Shown here: piece by piece, positions 27,033 through 28,532 of the stretch
Layout: each line of letters begins with the position of its first letter
Position numbering within the stretch: position 1 is the first letter of the stretch
DNA from: Bacteroidales bacterium
GTDB lineage: Bacteria > Bacteroidota > Bacteroidia > Bacteroidales > VadinHA17
Length of the DNA: 28,532 bases
Assembly (NCBI GenBank): GCA_020353115.1
Contig: CP070687.1
Location: 1-28,532, forward strand
Reading direction: 5' to 3'
Translations under genes and position numbers: made by a program
Notes under the pieces: model-generated
Databases searched by the model: none
Told to the model about the DNA's origin: nothing
Seen by the model: only the letters and a program-made list of their open reading frames with translations

Positions 27033-28532
27033 ATGAATGAAGAAAAGAAGTACATCTTAGCCATAGATCAAAGCACTTCGGCCACCAAAATCCTGTTGTT
27101 CAACGCAAAGGCAGAACTCGTCAACCGGGTATCCATACCCCACCGGCAGTTTTATCCTCAGCCGGGTTTTGTGGAGCATGATCCCCGGGAAATCTTTTCA
27201 AACACCCTGAAAGGTATGGGCGAGGTCATTGAAAAAACCGGTTGCAGGGAGAAGGAGATTGCCTGCATTGCCATTACGAATCAGCGGGAAACTGCCATGA
27301 TCTGGGAAAAAAACAGTGGTGAACCAATCGGTATGGCGGCTGTCTGGCAATGCCAGAGAGGGGTTGAGTACTGCGAGCGTTTAAGGAAAGACCATAAAGC
27401 GGATCTGATCATGGAGCGAACAGGCCTGATCATTGATCCCTATTTTTCTGCCAGCAAGCTTCAGTGGATCATGGATCATGTGAAAGGTGCTAGGGGAAAA
27501 ATGGATCGGGGGGAACTCCTTGCCGGTACCATGGACAGCTGGCTGGTATGGAATCTTTCGGGAAAGAAGGCTCATGTTACCGATTTCTCTAACGCATCCA
27601 GGACCATGTTGCTGAACCTGAAAGAGATGGAATGGGATCAGGATATGATTGACCTTTTTACCCTGACCCGGAATATGCTCCCTGAACTTGTATTCAGTGA
27701 CCAGATTGCAGCATATACGGAACCTGGTGTCATCTTCAAATCACCTGTTCCTATTGCAGGCTTGATGGGAGATTCCCATGCCGCCCTGTTCGGACAGAAC
27801 TGCTTTGAACGCGGCATGGCAAAAGCCACTTATGGAACCGGTTCTTCCATTATGATGAATATAGGAAAGGAAGCGCTCGATCCCCCGGACGGACTTGTAT
27901 GCTCGGTGGGATGGGGCAGAAACAAAGCCATAGAGTACGTTTTTGAAGGGAACATCCATTGTACCGGGGATACCATCAACTGGCTGGTCAATGACCTTAA
28001 ACTTCTTGCTTCGCCCGAAGAAACGGAAGAACTCGCATTCTCGGTGAGCGGGTCCGGGGGTGTTTATCTGGTCCCGGCCTTTGTTGGTCTCGGGGCGCCT
28101 TATTGGGATAACAAAGCCAGAGCCCTTATTTGCGGTATGGACCGGGGAACCGGCAGAGCACACATAGCCAGGGCTGCCCTGGAAAGCATCGCCTACCAGG
28201 TCAAGGATCTGGTGGATTTGATGGTTCTTGAATCAGGCATTGACCTGAAGGAGCTACGGGTGGATGGAGGCCCGACCCGGAACAATTTTCTGATGCAGTT
28301 CCAGGCGGACATCCTGGGAAGGTCCATCGTCCGTACCCGTATCGAAGAGATCTCGGCCCTGGGGGCGGTCTTTATGGCTGGTCTGGCAAGTGGGATCTGG
28401 AGCAGCCTGGAAGAGATCACTGAACTCAGACTGGCAGATAAGCAATTCCCGCCAGGTATGGAATCAGAGACCGTGAATGCCCTTTATTCAGGCTGGAAGA
28501 AGGCTGTAAAATGTACACAACAGATCTATAAA
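27033..28532 (+). CDS. FGGY-family carbohydrate kinase, GlpK-like but non-canonical; stop codon lies beyond the window
   Basis: Not in the ORF track. Manual translation gives 500 open codons: MNEEKKYILAIDQSTSATK..VEHDP..ITNQRET..VWQCQR..DPYFSASK..TDFSNASRT..GDSHAALFG..TYGTGSS..PAFVGLGAPYWD..LESIAYQ..VDGGPTRNNFLMQFQAD..GWKKAVKCTQQIYK. Confidence 0.93.
   Translation, partial: MNEEKKYILAIDQSTSATKILLFNAKAELVNRVSIPHRQFYPQPGFVEHDPREIFSNTLKGMGEVIEKTGCREKEIACIAITNQRETAMIWEKNSGEPIGMAAVWQCQRGVEYCERLRKDHKADLIMERTGLIIDPYFSASKLQWIMDHVKGARGKMDRGELLAGTMDSWLVWNLSGKKAHVTDFSNASRTMLLNLKEMEWDQDMIDLFTLTRNMLPELVFSDQIAAYTEPGVIFKSPVPIAGLMGDSHAALFGQNCFERGMAKATYGTGSSIMMNIGKEALDPPDGLVCSVGWGRNKAIEYVFEGNIHCTGDTINWLVNDLKLLASPEETEELAFSVSGSGGVYLVPAFVGLGAPYWDNKARALICGMDRGTGRAHIARAALESIAYQVKDLVDLMVLESGIDLKELRVDGGPTRNNFLMQFQADILGRSIVRTRIEEISALGAVFMAGLASGIWSSLEEITELRLADKQFPPGMESETVNALYSGWKKAVKCTQQIYK

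Overview
A 28.5-kb stretch of mostly core chromosome from a Bacteroidota (Bacteroidales-like) bacterium. The assignment rests on TAnnTTTG promoter boxes, rprXY, a T9SS C-terminal domain, a GSCFA protein and the activator-lptE-secG-groESL synteny. Gene order: truncated exported protein (-); rprX/rprY two-component system (+); a ~320-bp inverted-repeat element; a 1415-aa fused double-activase/double-reductase protein with PlsA/Ger (plasmalogen or ether-lipid synthase) architecture (-); lepA; a DUF4412-like exported protein; a Tat-exported class V PLP enzyme; a T9SS endonuclease I; kdsB; a receiver-less sigma54-type activator, lptE, a conserved hypothetical gene, secG, groES and groEL; cstA; a signal-peptide-bearing RidA; a GSCFA protein; a lysophospholipase-like hydrolase; yjbQ; and a DeoR regulator followed by a non-canonical GlpK-like FGGY kinase that runs off the window end. 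The two edge genes are absent from the ORF track and were translated by hand. No rRNA, tRNA, CRISPR array, transposase or integrase was seen. The best leads are the PlsA/Ger-like enzyme, the long fold-back element beside it, four 10-bp-phased TTAA repeats between rprXY and the divergent gene, a possible sigma54-linked groESL circuit, and the FGGY kinase with an altered substrate pocket. All assignments come from motif recognition by eye; no searches or folding programs were run.
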